Positions 41,663 to 53,335 of a DNA stretch of 64,000 bases are shown one piece after another. Source of the stretch: Verrucomicrobiota bacterium (GTDB lineage: Bacteria > Verrucomicrobiota > Verrucomicrobiia > Limisphaerales > CANJSG01); assembly GCA_038209745.1 (NCBI GenBank), contig JBBQXJ010000012.1, forward strand, positions 5,429-69,428. Direction: 5' to 3'. The number at the start of each line of letters is the position of its first letter. The stretch's first letter is position 1. Both the position numbers and the translations under genes were made by a program. The notes beneath the pieces are model-generated. The model was not told where the DNA came from. It was given only the letters and a program-made list of their open reading frames with translations, and did no database searches.

Positions 41663-42529
41663 ATGACGATCATCACCGATGAACGCTGTGCCGGATACGG
41701 CTCGGCCGGGCATCCTGAGAGGCCTTCCCGCATCACCGGCACTTTGGCTCGGTTGCGTTCCCAGACGGATCTCCCGCTGGAATGGACCGAACCGGCCGCC
41801 GTCGCCGATGAGCAACTGCTCCGCGCCCATTCGGCCGAACACCTCCGGGCCATCGCCGAAGCAAGGGCCGCGTTCGACGCCGACACGCCGGCCCATCTGG
41901 ACATCGACGCTCACGCCCGTCGCTCCGTAGGCGGCGCGTTGCGGGCTCTGTCCTTGGCCCGCGAAGGCAAACAGTCGTTCAGCCTGTTGCGTCCGCCCGG
42001 CCATCATGCCACGCGGACCCAGGCGATGGGGTTCTGCTACTTCAACTCCATCGCCGTGGCCGCGCTCGAAGCCCTGGCCACGGGCACCAACCGGGTGGCG
42101 GTCTTCGACTTCGACGTGCATCACGGGAACGGCACCGAAGCCATCTTGCTGGACCACCCCGGCGCGGTCTTCCATTCCATCCATCAGAGCCCCTGCTATC
42201 CCGGCACCGGCGCGTCGAACCTGGGCCGAAACTGCTTCAACCATCCCGTGCCGCCGCGCTACCCGCGTGACGACTACCGCAAGGTCCTGGCCGGAGCGCT
42301 GGCCCGAGTGGCGTCGTTCCAGCCCGGCTTGATCGCCGTCTCCGCCGGGTTCGACGCCTACGCCCGCGATCCCATCGCGCAGGAGACGCTGGAAGCGGAG
42401 GATTTCCATTGGCTCGGCGGCGAGATCCGCAAGGTCGGCATTCCCTTCTTCAGCATCCTTGAAGGCGGCTACAGCGACGACCTCCCGGAACTGGTCCTCG
42501 CGTATCTGACGGGAATCGCTTCCGATTGA
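41663..42529 (+). CDS. Histone deacetylase-family (HDAC/AcuC-like) amidohydrolase
   Basis: RPPGHHA and FDFDVHHGNGTE active-site motifs in a 288-aa protein. Confidence 0.85.
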   Translation: MTIITDERCAGYGSAGHPERPSRITGTLARLRSQTDLPLEWTEPAAVADEQLLRAHSAEHLRAIAEARAAFDADTPAHLDIDAHARRSVGGALRALSLAREGKQSFSLLRPPGHHATRTQAMGFCYFNSIAVAALEALATGTNRVAVFDFDVHHGNGTEAILLDHPGAVFHSIHQSPCYPGTGASNLGRNCFNHPVPPRYPRDDYRKVLAGALARVASFQPGLIAVSAGFDAYARDPIAQETLEAEDFHWLGGEIRKVGIPFFSILEGGYSDDLPELVLAYLTGIASD

Positions 42530-42584
42530 CGGACGATGAACAGCCCGATCCATCGAAGCTCGCCGCCCGGAAACCACCCACTGG

Positions 42585-42767
42585 ATGAAGGCATATCTGA
42601 GCACCATCGGCACGGTCTCCGGCCTGATCACGGCGGCGCCCATCGGGCGGGTTTCCTTGGAAGGAACCCAACTGGCGACGGATCCTTTGCTCATCCTGCT
42701 AACTCTCTTGTCCGTCGCGCTCTGCGTTTGGGCGTTTTGGCGGCTCAAGCAAGTGCGCCGCATGTGA
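42585..42767 (+). CDS. Possible small membrane protein (60 aa) upstream of copA
   Basis: ATG start and one clear TM helix (LLILLTLLSVALCVWAFW). There is no other support. Confidence 0.25.
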   Translation: MKAYLSTIGTVSGLITAAPIGRVSLEGTQLATDPLLILLTLLSVALCVWAFWRLKQVRRM

Positions 42768-42859
42768 TACAGTGAACCTCCTCGCTCGACGAGACGACGA
42801 CGGCGACAGTCCGAACGGGCCGGGCGATACCGGCCCCATCTTGGAAGCGAGAAACGACC

Positions 42860-45370
<2,511 letters not shown>

Positions 45371-45398
45371 CCCCGGTCGGCTCTGCGAAAGAGAACGG

Positions 45399-46334
45399 TC
45401 AGCGGAGGTAGTCGAGCAGGGACTGGCTGAGGATCTTGCCGCCGGACTGGAGAGCGGCCTTGTAGGCCGTCTGGGTCTGGTTGAGCTTCACCAGAGTGTC
45501 TGCGAGGTCCGCATCGGCCTCCTTCGACACCAGCTTGGTGAGCGAATCACTCCGTTGCTTGACGATCGCGGTGGTGGCTTCGAGCCGGGACTGGACGACG
45601 CCGTTGGTCCCGATATGGAAAAGAAAGCTGTTCTCGTCTTTCTGAAGGTTGGCCAGGTCCGTCTTGTTGATCGCGGCGGCGTTCCCGGAGTTGAGATTGT
45701 CACGGAGGGAGATGAGGTGCTGGAAGATGTCGGCTCCGGAGGCAGAATCGACAAACAGACCGCGTCCGCCGGATCCGGTGCTGTTGGCCCCGATCGTCTG
45801 CGAGCTCAGCAGAACTTTTTCGGAGATCTCGCTGGACGGGAGCTCGGTGTTGCCTCCGTAGGACACACCGGTGATGGAGCCCGAAGCGTCCCGGGTCACG
45901 GTAAAGGGTTCCTTGTCCGGAACGGTGCCACCGAAGATGTAGTCGCCGCGGTTCTTCGTGTTGCTGAGCTGCACCGCCTGGGCCAGCAGGGAGTCGACCT
46001 CGATGCCGAGGGTTTTCAGGGTCTCGGGGGACTTGGTGCCGTCGGCCAGAGTGGCGATCTCGGCGGCCCGGTCGACGAGGGACTTGCTCTGTTTGATCGC
46101 CGTGAACGACGCGGAAGCGAGCTCCTGGTGACGGGAGATATTGCGCTGGTATTGATCGAGAGTCTTGGTCTCGCCCTGCATGTCGAGCACGCGCCGGACC
46201 GATGCCGGGTCGTCCTCGGCATTGGTGATGCGCTGCCCGGTGGCGGTCTCCGCCTGGAAGCCGTTCTGCTGGGTGTTGAGCCGGCTCAACTGGTCGATCA
46301 GCCCATTGGGGAAGGTGTTGAAGGTGACTCGCAT
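45399..46334 (-). CDS. flgL: Flagellar hook-associated protein 3, FlgL
   Basis: 311 aa with a flagellin-like N-terminus (GQRITNAEDDPASV) and C-terminus (LSQSLLDYLR). It lies downstream of flgK. Confidence 0.85.
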   Translation of the reverse strand: MRVTFNTFPNGLIDQLSRLNTQQNGFQAETATGQRITNAEDDPASVRRVLDMQGETKTLDQYQRNISRHQELASASFTAIKQSKSLVDRAAEIATLADGTKSPETLKTLGIEVDSLLAQAVQLSNTKNRGDYIFGGTVPDKEPFTVTRDASGSITGVSYGGNTELPSSEISEKVLLSSQTIGANSTGSGGRGLFVDSASGADIFQHLISLRDNLNSGNAAAINKTDLANLQKDENSFLFHIGTNGVVQSRLEATTAIVKQRSDSLTKLVSKEADADLADTLVKLNQTQTAYKAALQSGGKILSQSLLDYLR

Positions 46335-46376
46335 GAGGGTCGGATTGGGGGTTCAACAGGCACCGGTCGGATTCGA

Positions 46377-47774
46377 TCACCGTTTCAGGTTCATCACGAT
46401 GTCGAGCATCTGGTCGATGGTGGAGATCAGCTTGGCGGAGGCCTGGAAGGCTCTCTGGTATTTGATGAGGTCGGTCATCTCCTCGTCGACGGAGACGCCC
46501 ATGACGGCGTCGCGCTGGCGCACGAGCATGCTCTGGACGATGTCCTGGTTGCCGATCTGTGTGTTGATCGACGAAAGGTCCTGCCCCATGGCGGCGACGG
46601 CCTGGTTGTAGGAGCCGGACAAGGTCTGGTCCTTGAGGCCGGCCTGGCTCTCCGAAGCGAGCTGGGCCAACTGCAGGACGACCTTGTTGTTGCCGGCGGC
46701 CCCGGCGGTGTCTGACGCCTGGATGAGACGGGGATCCCCCGCGACCGTGGCATTGACCTTGATGGAAGTGGCATCGGTGCCGGTGAAGAGGTTTTCGCCG
46801 GTCGAACCGGTGAGGCTGAAGCCGGCCGAGTGGATGGCGTTGACCCGGCTGATCAGCGTGGAGGCGATCTGGTCGAGGTTGCCCCGGACGGAGGCCAGAT
46901 CCGTGTCCCGCGAGTCGATGCTGCCGCGGATGGTGCCGCCCGCGGCGTCCAGCGGAGTCTGGGACGTGGTGGTGCGGAGCAGCAGTTTGCCACCGCCCGA
47001 ATCGAAGGTTTCGAGCGTGTCGGAAAGGACGGCGCCGCTGATCAGCGTCTGGCCGTCGACGCTGATTTGAACGGAGCCGTTCGAGGCCTCGGAGGCGGTG
47101 AACTTCAAGAGCGACGCCAGCGACTCCATCTGCGTCTGCCGGACATCGCGCAGGTCGTTGGCGCGCCCGCCCGCGCCCTGCTCGGTCTTGGTGATCTCGC
47201 CGTTGAGCTTGGCGATGTCGGTCAAGATGAGGTTGGCCTTTTTGGTGTCGACGTTGATCGAGTCGTTGAGCCCGGCCGCCACGTTGTCGAGGCGGGCCCC
47301 GACTTGGTTGAACTGGGTCGCCAGATTCTGCGCCTTGAGGATGAGGATCTGGCGTTCCGCAAGGTCGGTGGGACTGCTCGAGACGCTCTGGAACGCGGTG
47401 AAGAGGCCCGACATTTCCTCGGCGATGCCGTGTTGGCCGCCGGACCCGGCGGTGTCGATCTGCTGCCCGAGGCTGGCCTGGGCGAATTGGAGTCCCTTTT
47501 GCTGGGCGCTGAGCTGACCCTTGATGCTCGCCTCGCTGAGGATCTGGCGATCAAGCACCACGTCGCGGAGCTGTGCGATGCCGACCCCGTCCGCGCCCGA
47601 GCCCTGGGGGCCGAGGGCGGAGGGCACGGTGATGCTGGTCTGGATCTGGACGCGCTGGCGGGCGTAGCCGGGCGTGTTGACGTTCGCCAGGTTGTTGCCG
47701 GCGACTTCGGTCCCCAGCTGCTGGGTAGCCAGCGAGCGGGTTCCCATGTTGAGGGTGCCGAATAGTCCGAGCAT
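46377..47774 (-). CDS. flgK: Flagellar hook-associated protein 1, FlgK
   Basis: MLGLFGTLNMGTRSLATQQLGTEVAGNNLANVNTPGYARQRV N-terminus and a conserved C-terminal MTDLIKYQRAFQASAK. Confidence 0.9.
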   Translation of the reverse strand: MLGLFGTLNMGTRSLATQQLGTEVAGNNLANVNTPGYARQRVQIQTSITVPSALGPQGSGADGVGIAQLRDVVLDRQILSEASIKGQLSAQQKGLQFAQASLGQQIDTAGSGGQHGIAEEMSGLFTAFQSVSSSPTDLAERQILILKAQNLATQFNQVGARLDNVAAGLNDSINVDTKKANLILTDIAKLNGEITKTEQGAGGRANDLRDVRQTQMESLASLLKFTASEASNGSVQISVDGQTLISGAVLSDTLETFDSGGGKLLLRTTTSQTPLDAAGGTIRGSIDSRDTDLASVRGNLDQIASTLISRVNAIHSAGFSLTGSTGENLFTGTDATSIKVNATVAGDPRLIQASDTAGAAGNNKVVLQLAQLASESQAGLKDQTLSGSYNQAVAAMGQDLSSINTQIGNQDIVQSMLVRQRDAVMGVSVDEEMTDLIKYQRAFQASAKLISTIDQMLDIVMNLKR

Positions 47775-47782
47775 GGATTCTA

Positions 47783-48286
47783 TCAGCCGACGGCGTCGTA
47801 GAGCGGCCGGAACGCGGGGATTCCGGACGGCAACGAGCCGCGGCCATTATAGGTCTGGGTGTCGTCTCTCGGGAAAAGGCTCGAGAGGAAACTCTGCATC
47901 AGGTCGAGGGAACGGCGCATGAGCAGGTGGTTCTGTCGGCTGCGCTGCTGCACGCGGACGAGGAGCTGGTTGTTCTCGTCGACGAGAGCCTGCACGAGCG
48001 GTCGATAATCGGCGGGCAGCACCGGGACGAGTTCACTGAACGGAGCGTCGGAAGCGCGGCCGACCCACCGGGCGAACGCGCCGCGACAGGCTTCGCGGCG
48101 ATTGCGCGCCTGCTCGACGTCACGCATCTGGGTCTGGATCTGCTGGGCTGCGGAGACGACGCCGTCGGACTGCCGGTTCATGACCGACTCCTGCTGCTGA
48201 TCCAGCAGCGCGAGGATGCCGCCGTAGGTGGTAAGCTCCTCGCGGAGAGCGCCGACCAGATCGTTGATGGACTGCATGGAATTCAT
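47783..48286 (-). CDS. flgN: FlgN-family flagellar chaperone
   Basis: 167-aa helical protein. Its position upstream of flgK and its LxxLLxxQ-rich N-terminus fit FlgN. Confidence 0.65.
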   Translation of the reverse strand: MNSMQSINDLVGALREELTTYGGILALLDQQQESVMNRQSDGVVSAAQQIQTQMRDVEQARNRREACRGAFARWVGRASDAPFSELVPVLPADYRPLVQALVDENNQLLVRVQQRSRQNHLLMRRSLDLMQSFLSSLFPRDDTQTYNGRGSLPSGIPAFRPLYDAVG

Positions 48287-48639
48287 TTCTGTGGGTTGCC
48301 GGAGGCGGAATCCGCGTGACGGCCGGAATTGGGGATCTGCCGGAGAAGCTGCGCCTGGAGACTGGAGGCGACGCCGATGCCGCCACTGTGGGTGATGGAG
48401 TCGGCCAGGCGGTCGGTGACCATGTCGGTGTAGGCGCGGGTCTCGGAGGAACCGCCCCCGAGGGCGGGGTCGGTCATGGGCTGCCGGGCCTCGCGGAGCA
48501 TCTGGCGGATCATCACCCCTTCGAACTGGCGGGCGAGCTCGGCCACCTTCTGCTGCTCGGTGATCACCGAACTGGTGGAAAGCTGCTCGACGGAGAGGTC
48601 GGAGGCCCGGACGCCGGAATTGGTTGCACCGATATTCAT
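48283..48639 (-). CDS. flgJ: Flagellar rod-binding protein (FlgJ N-terminal-domain type, no muramidase domain)
   Basis: AELARQFEGVMIRQMLREAR rod-binding motif in an ~118-aa protein. The ATG at 48639 overlaps the flgI stop. Confidence 0.75.
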   Translation of the reverse strand: MNIGATNSGVRASDLSVEQLSTSSVITEQQKVAELARQFEGVMIRQMLREARQPMTDPALGGGSSETRAYTDMVTDRLADSITHSGGIGVASSLQAQLLRQIPNSGRHADSASGNPQK

Positions 48640-49745
48640 CAACGAAGAATCAGCTCAGCTTGAAGTGCGCCAGCCTGTTTCATGGCCTGAAAGATGGACA
48701 TCATGTCGCGTGGAGTGACACCCAGGGAGTTCAACGACTGGGCGACCTTTTCCACGGTGGGCATTTCCTGCAGGGGGATCAGGGCACCCTTTTCCTCATG
48801 GAGGGCGGTGTCGGTCTGCTGGGTCACCGTGGTGTTCCCGGTTTTGCTGAAGGCGTTCGGCTGCGAGACGTTCGCGTTGTTCGCGATGGTGATGGTGATG
48901 TTGCCGTGGGAAACGGCGCAGGCCGCGATGCGGATGCGGGCCGTGGCGACGATGGTGCCGGTGCGTTCGTTGATGATGATGCGGGCCGGAAGGTCCGACT
49001 CGACCTCGACCGCTTCCAGCGCGGCGATGAAGTCCACCGAAGCGGAGCGGAACTCTTCCGGCACTTCGACGCGCACGGTCGTGGAGTCCAGCGCGCGGGA
49101 GATGGCGTTGGTAAACCGCAGGTTGAGCGCCGCGGCCAAGCGGGAGGCCGAGGTGAAGTCGGGTTCGCGGAGGAGAACGTCGAGAGTGTTGTCATGGACC
49201 AGGGTGAACGGGATCTCCCGCTCAACGATGGCCCCGCCGACGATCTGACCGACGGTGGGATGGTTCTTCTGGACGGAAGCCACCTCGTTGCCGGCGCTGA
49301 AGCCGCCGATCGACATGTTGCCCTGGGCGACGGCGTAGACGACGTCGTCCGCGCCGAACAGGGGGGTCTGGAGAAGGACACCACCCTGGAGGGTCTTGGC
49401 GTCGCCAATGGAGCTGATGGTGACGTCGATCCTGCTCCCCTCTTTCTTGAAGGCGGGGATGTCCGCGGTCACGAGCACGAGGGCGACGTTCTTGGAGGAG
49501 AGGGCGGCGGGCGGGACCTTGATGCCGCGGCGCTCCAGGGCGCTGGCAAAGGCTTGGAGGGTGTAGAGAGGATTCTTGTCGCCATCGCCATTGATGCCGG
49601 TGACGAGTCCGATGCCGGTGAGCTGGTTGTCCCGGACGCCGCCGACGACGGCGATGTCCTTCACCCGCGACAGCAGGGCGGCCCCCGTGGACCAGGGTCC
49701 AACAAGGGCGACCACCACAAAACCGACCAGAATCCGGGTCATCAT
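48639..49745 (-). CDS. flgI: Flagellar P-ring protein FlgI
   Basis: 368 aa with RVKDIAVVGGVRDNQLTGIGLVTGINGDGD and LQGGVLLQTPL. Confidence 0.95.
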   Translation of the reverse strand: MMTRILVGFVVVALVGPWSTGAALLSRVKDIAVVGGVRDNQLTGIGLVTGINGDGDKNPLYTLQAFASALERRGIKVPPAALSSKNVALVLVTADIPAFKKEGSRIDVTISSIGDAKTLQGGVLLQTPLFGADDVVYAVAQGNMSIGGFSAGNEVASVQKNHPTVGQIVGGAIVEREIPFTLVHDNTLDVLLREPDFTSASRLAAALNLRFTNAISRALDSTTVRVEVPEEFRSASVDFIAALEAVEVESDLPARIIINERTGTIVATARIRIAACAVSHGNITITIANNANVSQPNAFSKTGNTTVTQQTDTALHEEKGALIPLQEMPTVEKVAQSLNSLGVTPRDMMSIFQAMKQAGALQAELILR

Positions 49746-49754
49746 GTCAGGCGA

Positions 49755-50534
49755 TCAAAACGGGGTGACCTTGTCCCAGACACGGGTGAGCCATCCCTTG
49801 TTCTGCGAATCCGTCACGGTGCCGCTCGACTTGAAGGTGATCGCCGCGTCGGCCACGTCATAGCTCATCACGGTGTTGACCGAGGTGACGTCCTCGGTGC
49901 GGACGACGCCCCGGAGGATGACCTCCTGCTTCTCACCGGAGAACCCGGTGCGCTTGCGGCCCTCGACGATCAACACCTTGTTCGGCAGGACGTCCACGAC
50001 GCGGACGGCGATGCGGGCGGTGATCTGTTCCGAGTTGTTGATCTGGCCGCCACCGTTGTGGTCGACCTTCGCTCCGTACTTGAGAGCGGGCAGGCTGCCA
50101 CCCTTGGTCAGGGCTCCGTAGCTGCTCGCCGGGTAGAGGAAGCTGCTGATGCTCGCATCCAGACCGCTGGACTTGGAGGTCTTGGTGTTGTTGTTCTTGG
50201 AGGCCGAATTGTTCTCCTGAACGATGATCGTCAGGATGTCGCCCACGGCGGTCGCCTTCTTGTCGGCGACCAACGGGCGGGCCGTCTCTGATTTCCAAAG
50301 CGAATCGGCCGATGCGAGGAACGGCAGGCCGGCGACGAGGGCGACGGCCGCGACCAGCCGCAAAGACTCTTCCACCGTCTTGCGCGGCCGAAAGCGGACT
50401 TCGAGGCGACGCGACTTCTTCACTTCGCTCTCCAACGACTCGTCGGTCTCGGCCGGAGCCGCTCCGCCCTTGCGGGCTTTCTTCCCCGCCCAGTGGTGGG
50501 CGCGTTCAAAGATAAAGGACAATGGTTTGTTCAT
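49755..50534 (-). CDS. flgH: Flagellar L-ring protein FlgH
   Basis: SLWKSE...ADKKATAVGDILTIIVQEN...VLPNKVLIVEG fits the FlgH family pattern. Confidence 0.9.
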   Translation of the reverse strand: MNKPLSFIFERAHHWAGKKARKGGAAPAETDESLESEVKKSRRLEVRFRPRKTVEESLRLVAAVALVAGLPFLASADSLWKSETARPLVADKKATAVGDILTIIVQENNSASKNNNTKTSKSSGLDASISSFLYPASSYGALTKGGSLPALKYGAKVDHNGGGQINNSEQITARIAVRVVDVLPNKVLIVEGRKRTGFSGEKQEVILRGVVRTEDVTSVNTVMSYDVADAAITFKSSGTVTDSQNKGWLTRVWDKVTPF

Positions 50535-51639
50535 TTTGGACCTTTCCCAGCATTTCCCGTCTTGTTTTTAAGTTTCTAACCCGGAGGTTCTGGCCGACGA
50601 CGCCGTCTTCGAGGACCTCCACCTTGATTGAAATAGTCATCGCTCCGTCCGCCACCAGCCCATCGACGATCGTCCCGCGGGTAACGGCGGGGCGGACCCG
50701 CAGGGCCCGGCCGGTGACCAGTTGCCCCCGGCTGACGCTGGTGACGAACTCGAGGGAACCTTTCTCCAACGCTTCGGGCGTGATGTAGTCGCGGGTGAGG
50801 AGAAGATCCCGCCGCTCGGAGCGGACATCGGCGCCGACCAGCGGCTGGCCCTTGACCAGGGTCGATCCCGCCACCAGCACGTCGCGCCAGATCTTGGCCT
50901 GGACCATCACGGGCCACGTGCCGATCCGGGTCTCGCCGCAATCCACGGCGACGCGGGCGATGAAACTCGATCCGATACCGTTCAAAGGAAGATCCACCAC
51001 CCGGAACTTCAGCGGCTCGTCGGGCACGGCGACCGGCTTCCATTGTCCGGTGATCCGGAGCTCCAGTTCACCGCGGTCGCGGACCTGTTCGCGCTGGAGC
51101 GCATCGGTGAGCCATCCGCGGATTTCATCCTCACCTAGTGGGCGGGATTTGCGCTGCACCTTGACGGAGCCCGCTCCCGTCCAGTTCGTGACCGTGATCC
51201 CCGGAGCCTGCTCGCGGAGCAGCGCCTCGATGGCGGTCCGCTCCACGGTGATCATCCGGCCAAATTCCGGCGAGTCGGCCACCTTCAAACCACCGGAAGG
51301 CTCCGAGGCGAGAGAGGGAACGAGGGCACCCAAAAGCACGCCCGAAGAATCCACCTCCACCTCCGCAGCGACCTCCAGCGTCCGAGCCGAAAGCCTCGCA
51401 GCGACCATGGAGAAGGCGATGGCCAGAAGGCTCATCGCAGAGGCGAAACTGCGCCGCCGCAAATACCCCGAACGCCGGGGCTGTTCGGGATTGAAGCTGA
51501 ACCGCGGGTCCGTGGCGCGGGCCACCGGCGCGTCCGCCGTGGGCGCTCCAGAATCCGGTGCGGTCTGGGCCAGAGCCGGTTTGGGTCGGTGGGGTTTGCC
51601 GGCGATGCGGTGGCGAGTCTTCATGGAGGGGACGATCAT
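50506..51639 (-). CDS. flgA: Flagellar basal-body P-ring formation protein FlgA (SAF domain)
   Basis: C-terminal SAF/FlgA pattern (V.RGTIVDGLV..GAMTISIKVEVLEDGVVGQNLRVRNLKTRREMLGKV). The start overlaps the flgG stop. Confidence 0.8.
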   Translation of the reverse strand: MIVPSMKTRHRIAGKPHRPKPALAQTAPDSGAPTADAPVARATDPRFSFNPEQPRRSGYLRRRSFASAMSLLAIAFSMVAARLSARTLEVAAEVEVDSSGVLLGALVPSLASEPSGGLKVADSPEFGRMITVERTAIEALLREQAPGITVTNWTGAGSVKVQRKSRPLGEDEIRGWLTDALQREQVRDRGELELRITGQWKPVAVPDEPLKFRVVDLPLNGIGSSFIARVAVDCGETRIGTWPVMVQAKIWRDVLVAGSTLVKGQPLVGADVRSERRDLLLTRDYITPEALEKGSLEFVTSVSRGQLVTGRALRVRPAVTRGTIVDGLVADGAMTISIKVEVLEDGVVGQNLRVRNLKTRREMLGKVQNEQTIVLYL

Positions 51640-52415
51640 CGGGTGAGATTGCCGGCGATCTGCAACATCTCGTCGGCCGCCTTGACCGACTTCGAGTTCA
51701 CCTCGTAGGCGCGCTGGGCGACGATCATGTTCACCATCTCCTCGACCACCTTGACGTTCGAGAGTTCGAGGTAGTTCTGCTGGAGAGAACCGAAGCCATT
51801 GGCGTCCGGTTTGCCGACGTCCGGAGTTCCAGACGCGCCGGTCGCGGTGAAGAGATTGCCGCCGATGCTCTTCAAGCCCGAAGGATTGGTGAACCGGGCC
51901 AAAGGGATCTCGAAGGTGCTCGTTCCGCTCGGACCGGTCAGGGAAACGGTGCCGCCCGGGGCGATCGAGATACCGGTGGTGCCGGCGGGCACGGCTCCGA
52001 AGCCCGTAAATTTGAGGCCCTGGCTGGTGACGAACTCACCGCTGCTGTTCAGTTTGAAGGAGCCGTCCCGGGTGTAGGCCGAGGTGCCGTCGGGCAACTG
52101 CACCTCGAAGAACCCGTCGCCGTTGATCGCCACGTCGAGCTTCTCCCCGGTGTTGCTCAGATCGCCTGCCGTGAAGATCCGGCCGGTGCCGGCGACGCGC
52201 GAACCGTGGCCGACCTCGACGCCGGTGGCGAGCTGGGTGTTGTTTCCCTGCTCCGCACCCGCTGCACGCTCGGTCTGGTAGAGGAGGTCCTGGAACTCGA
52301 TCTTGTTCTTCTTGAAACCCGTCGTGTTGACGTTCGCCAGGTTGTTCGAGATGACGTCCAGGTTCATCTGCTGCGACTGCATGCCGGAGGCGGAGGTGTA
52401 AAGTGCGCGAATCAT
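51636..52415 (-). CDS. flgG: Flagellar distal rod protein FlgG
   Basis: MIRALYTSASGMQSQQMNLDVISNNLANVNTTGFKK N-terminus and C-terminal VAQRAYEVNSK. Confidence 0.95.
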   Translation of the reverse strand: MIRALYTSASGMQSQQMNLDVISNNLANVNTTGFKKNKIEFQDLLYQTERAAGAEQGNNTQLATGVEVGHGSRVAGTGRIFTAGDLSNTGEKLDVAINGDGFFEVQLPDGTSAYTRDGSFKLNSSGEFVTSQGLKFTGFGAVPAGTTGISIAPGGTVSLTGPSGTSTFEIPLARFTNPSGLKSIGGNLFTATGASGTPDVGKPDANGFGSLQQNYLELSNVKVVEEMVNMIVAQRAYEVNSKSVKAADEMLQIAGNLTR

Positions 52416-52430
52416 AGGGTCGGATCAGGG

Positions 52431-53168
52431 TTACGAAGCGGGAGAAAGCTGGCTGATCGCGCGCGACATGCGTTCGTCGCTGATACGGATCACCTTTTGG
52501 TTGGCCTCGAAGGAGCGCATGGCCTGGATCATCTCGGCCATCTCGTTGACCACGGAGGTGTTGGAACCCTCCAGATAGCCCTGGCGCACCGTGGACGTGG
52601 AGGGTCGCTCGGTGGCGGAGCCGGCTTCGAAGACGCCGTCCCCGGCCAATGTCAGCTTCGAGACGTCGGCGAATTCAACGACCTTGATCTTGCCCTTCTT
52701 GTCGGCGCCCTGGCTGACTTCACCGCTGGTGGCGATGGTGAAGGCGCCAGACTTGTTCGGATCCTTCTGGATCGCCCCGGTGGTGCCCACCACCTCGTAG
52801 CCCTGCTTGGTCATCAGCCGGCCGTCGGGGCTGAAATGGAATTCGCCGTCACGGGTGTATCCCTTGGTGTTGTCGGGACGGGACACCTCGAAGAATCCGC
52901 TGCCTTCAATGGCAACGTCTTCCGGTCCACCCGGCCGGATCGCCCCGGCGGAGAAGTTGTAGGAAGTGACGACCTGCGGAGCCGCCATGCTGACCAAGGC
53001 GGAACCGTTGTTGGACATCTGGCCGGCCTGACCGGCGACGGACTGGAACGAAACGTCCTGATGCCGGTAACCGGGCACCGACGCGGCCGCCAGATTCTCG
53101 GAGATGACCTCCTGCCATCGACTGTTCGCGTTCATCGCGGCGGCGGCTTGGAAGAGACTTACGTTCAT
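52431..53168 (-). CDS. flgF: Flagellar proximal rod protein FlgF
   Basis: From the ATG at 53168: MNVSLFQAAAAMNANSRWQEVISENLAAASVPGYR. The C-terminus is MIQAMRSFEANQK. Confidence 0.85.
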   Translation of the reverse strand: MNVSLFQAAAAMNANSRWQEVISENLAAASVPGYRHQDVSFQSVAGQAGQMSNNGSALVSMAAPQVVTSYNFSAGAIRPGGPEDVAIEGSGFFEVSRPDNTKGYTRDGEFHFSPDGRLMTKQGYEVVGTTGAIQKDPNKSGAFTIATSGEVSQGADKKGKIKVVEFADVSKLTLAGDGVFEAGSATERPSTSTVRQGYLEGSNTSVVNEMAEMIQAMRSFEANQKVIRISDERMSRAISQLSPAS

Positions 53169-53335
53169 CGCTCTCCCTGCCCAGCAACGCCGATGCCATC
53201 CGGTATTTCGGCCGCTTTTCCCCTGTTTTGCCCTTTTGAGATCCAACGATGCCGGCAATTGCTTCCCGTCCCGGACAAATTTGCCGACCTACTGGCAGGT
53301 CTTTGGGATAGGCTACCCTCTTGAATCAAGGAGGG

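Noticed and set aside
42536-42775. A His-rich 79-aa ORF upstream of copA as a possible metallochaperone or regulator.
   Set aside because: It has no CxxC or HxxxH pattern of a known family. It overlaps the alternative 60-aa TM ORF in another frame, and its composition looks like an off-frame translation.
53184-53198. A sigma-54-like -24/-12 element on the minus strand upstream of flgF (reverse complement TGGCAT-CGGCG-TTGC).
   Set aside because: It is a good match to TGGCAC-N5-TTGC, but the -12 GC lies only 16 nt from the flgF ATG. This implies an almost leaderless mRNA that would cut through the GGGAGAG ribosome-binding site. There is a single occurrence and no enhancer-binding protein in the window. 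It is kept only as a low-probability candidate that TSS mapping could test.
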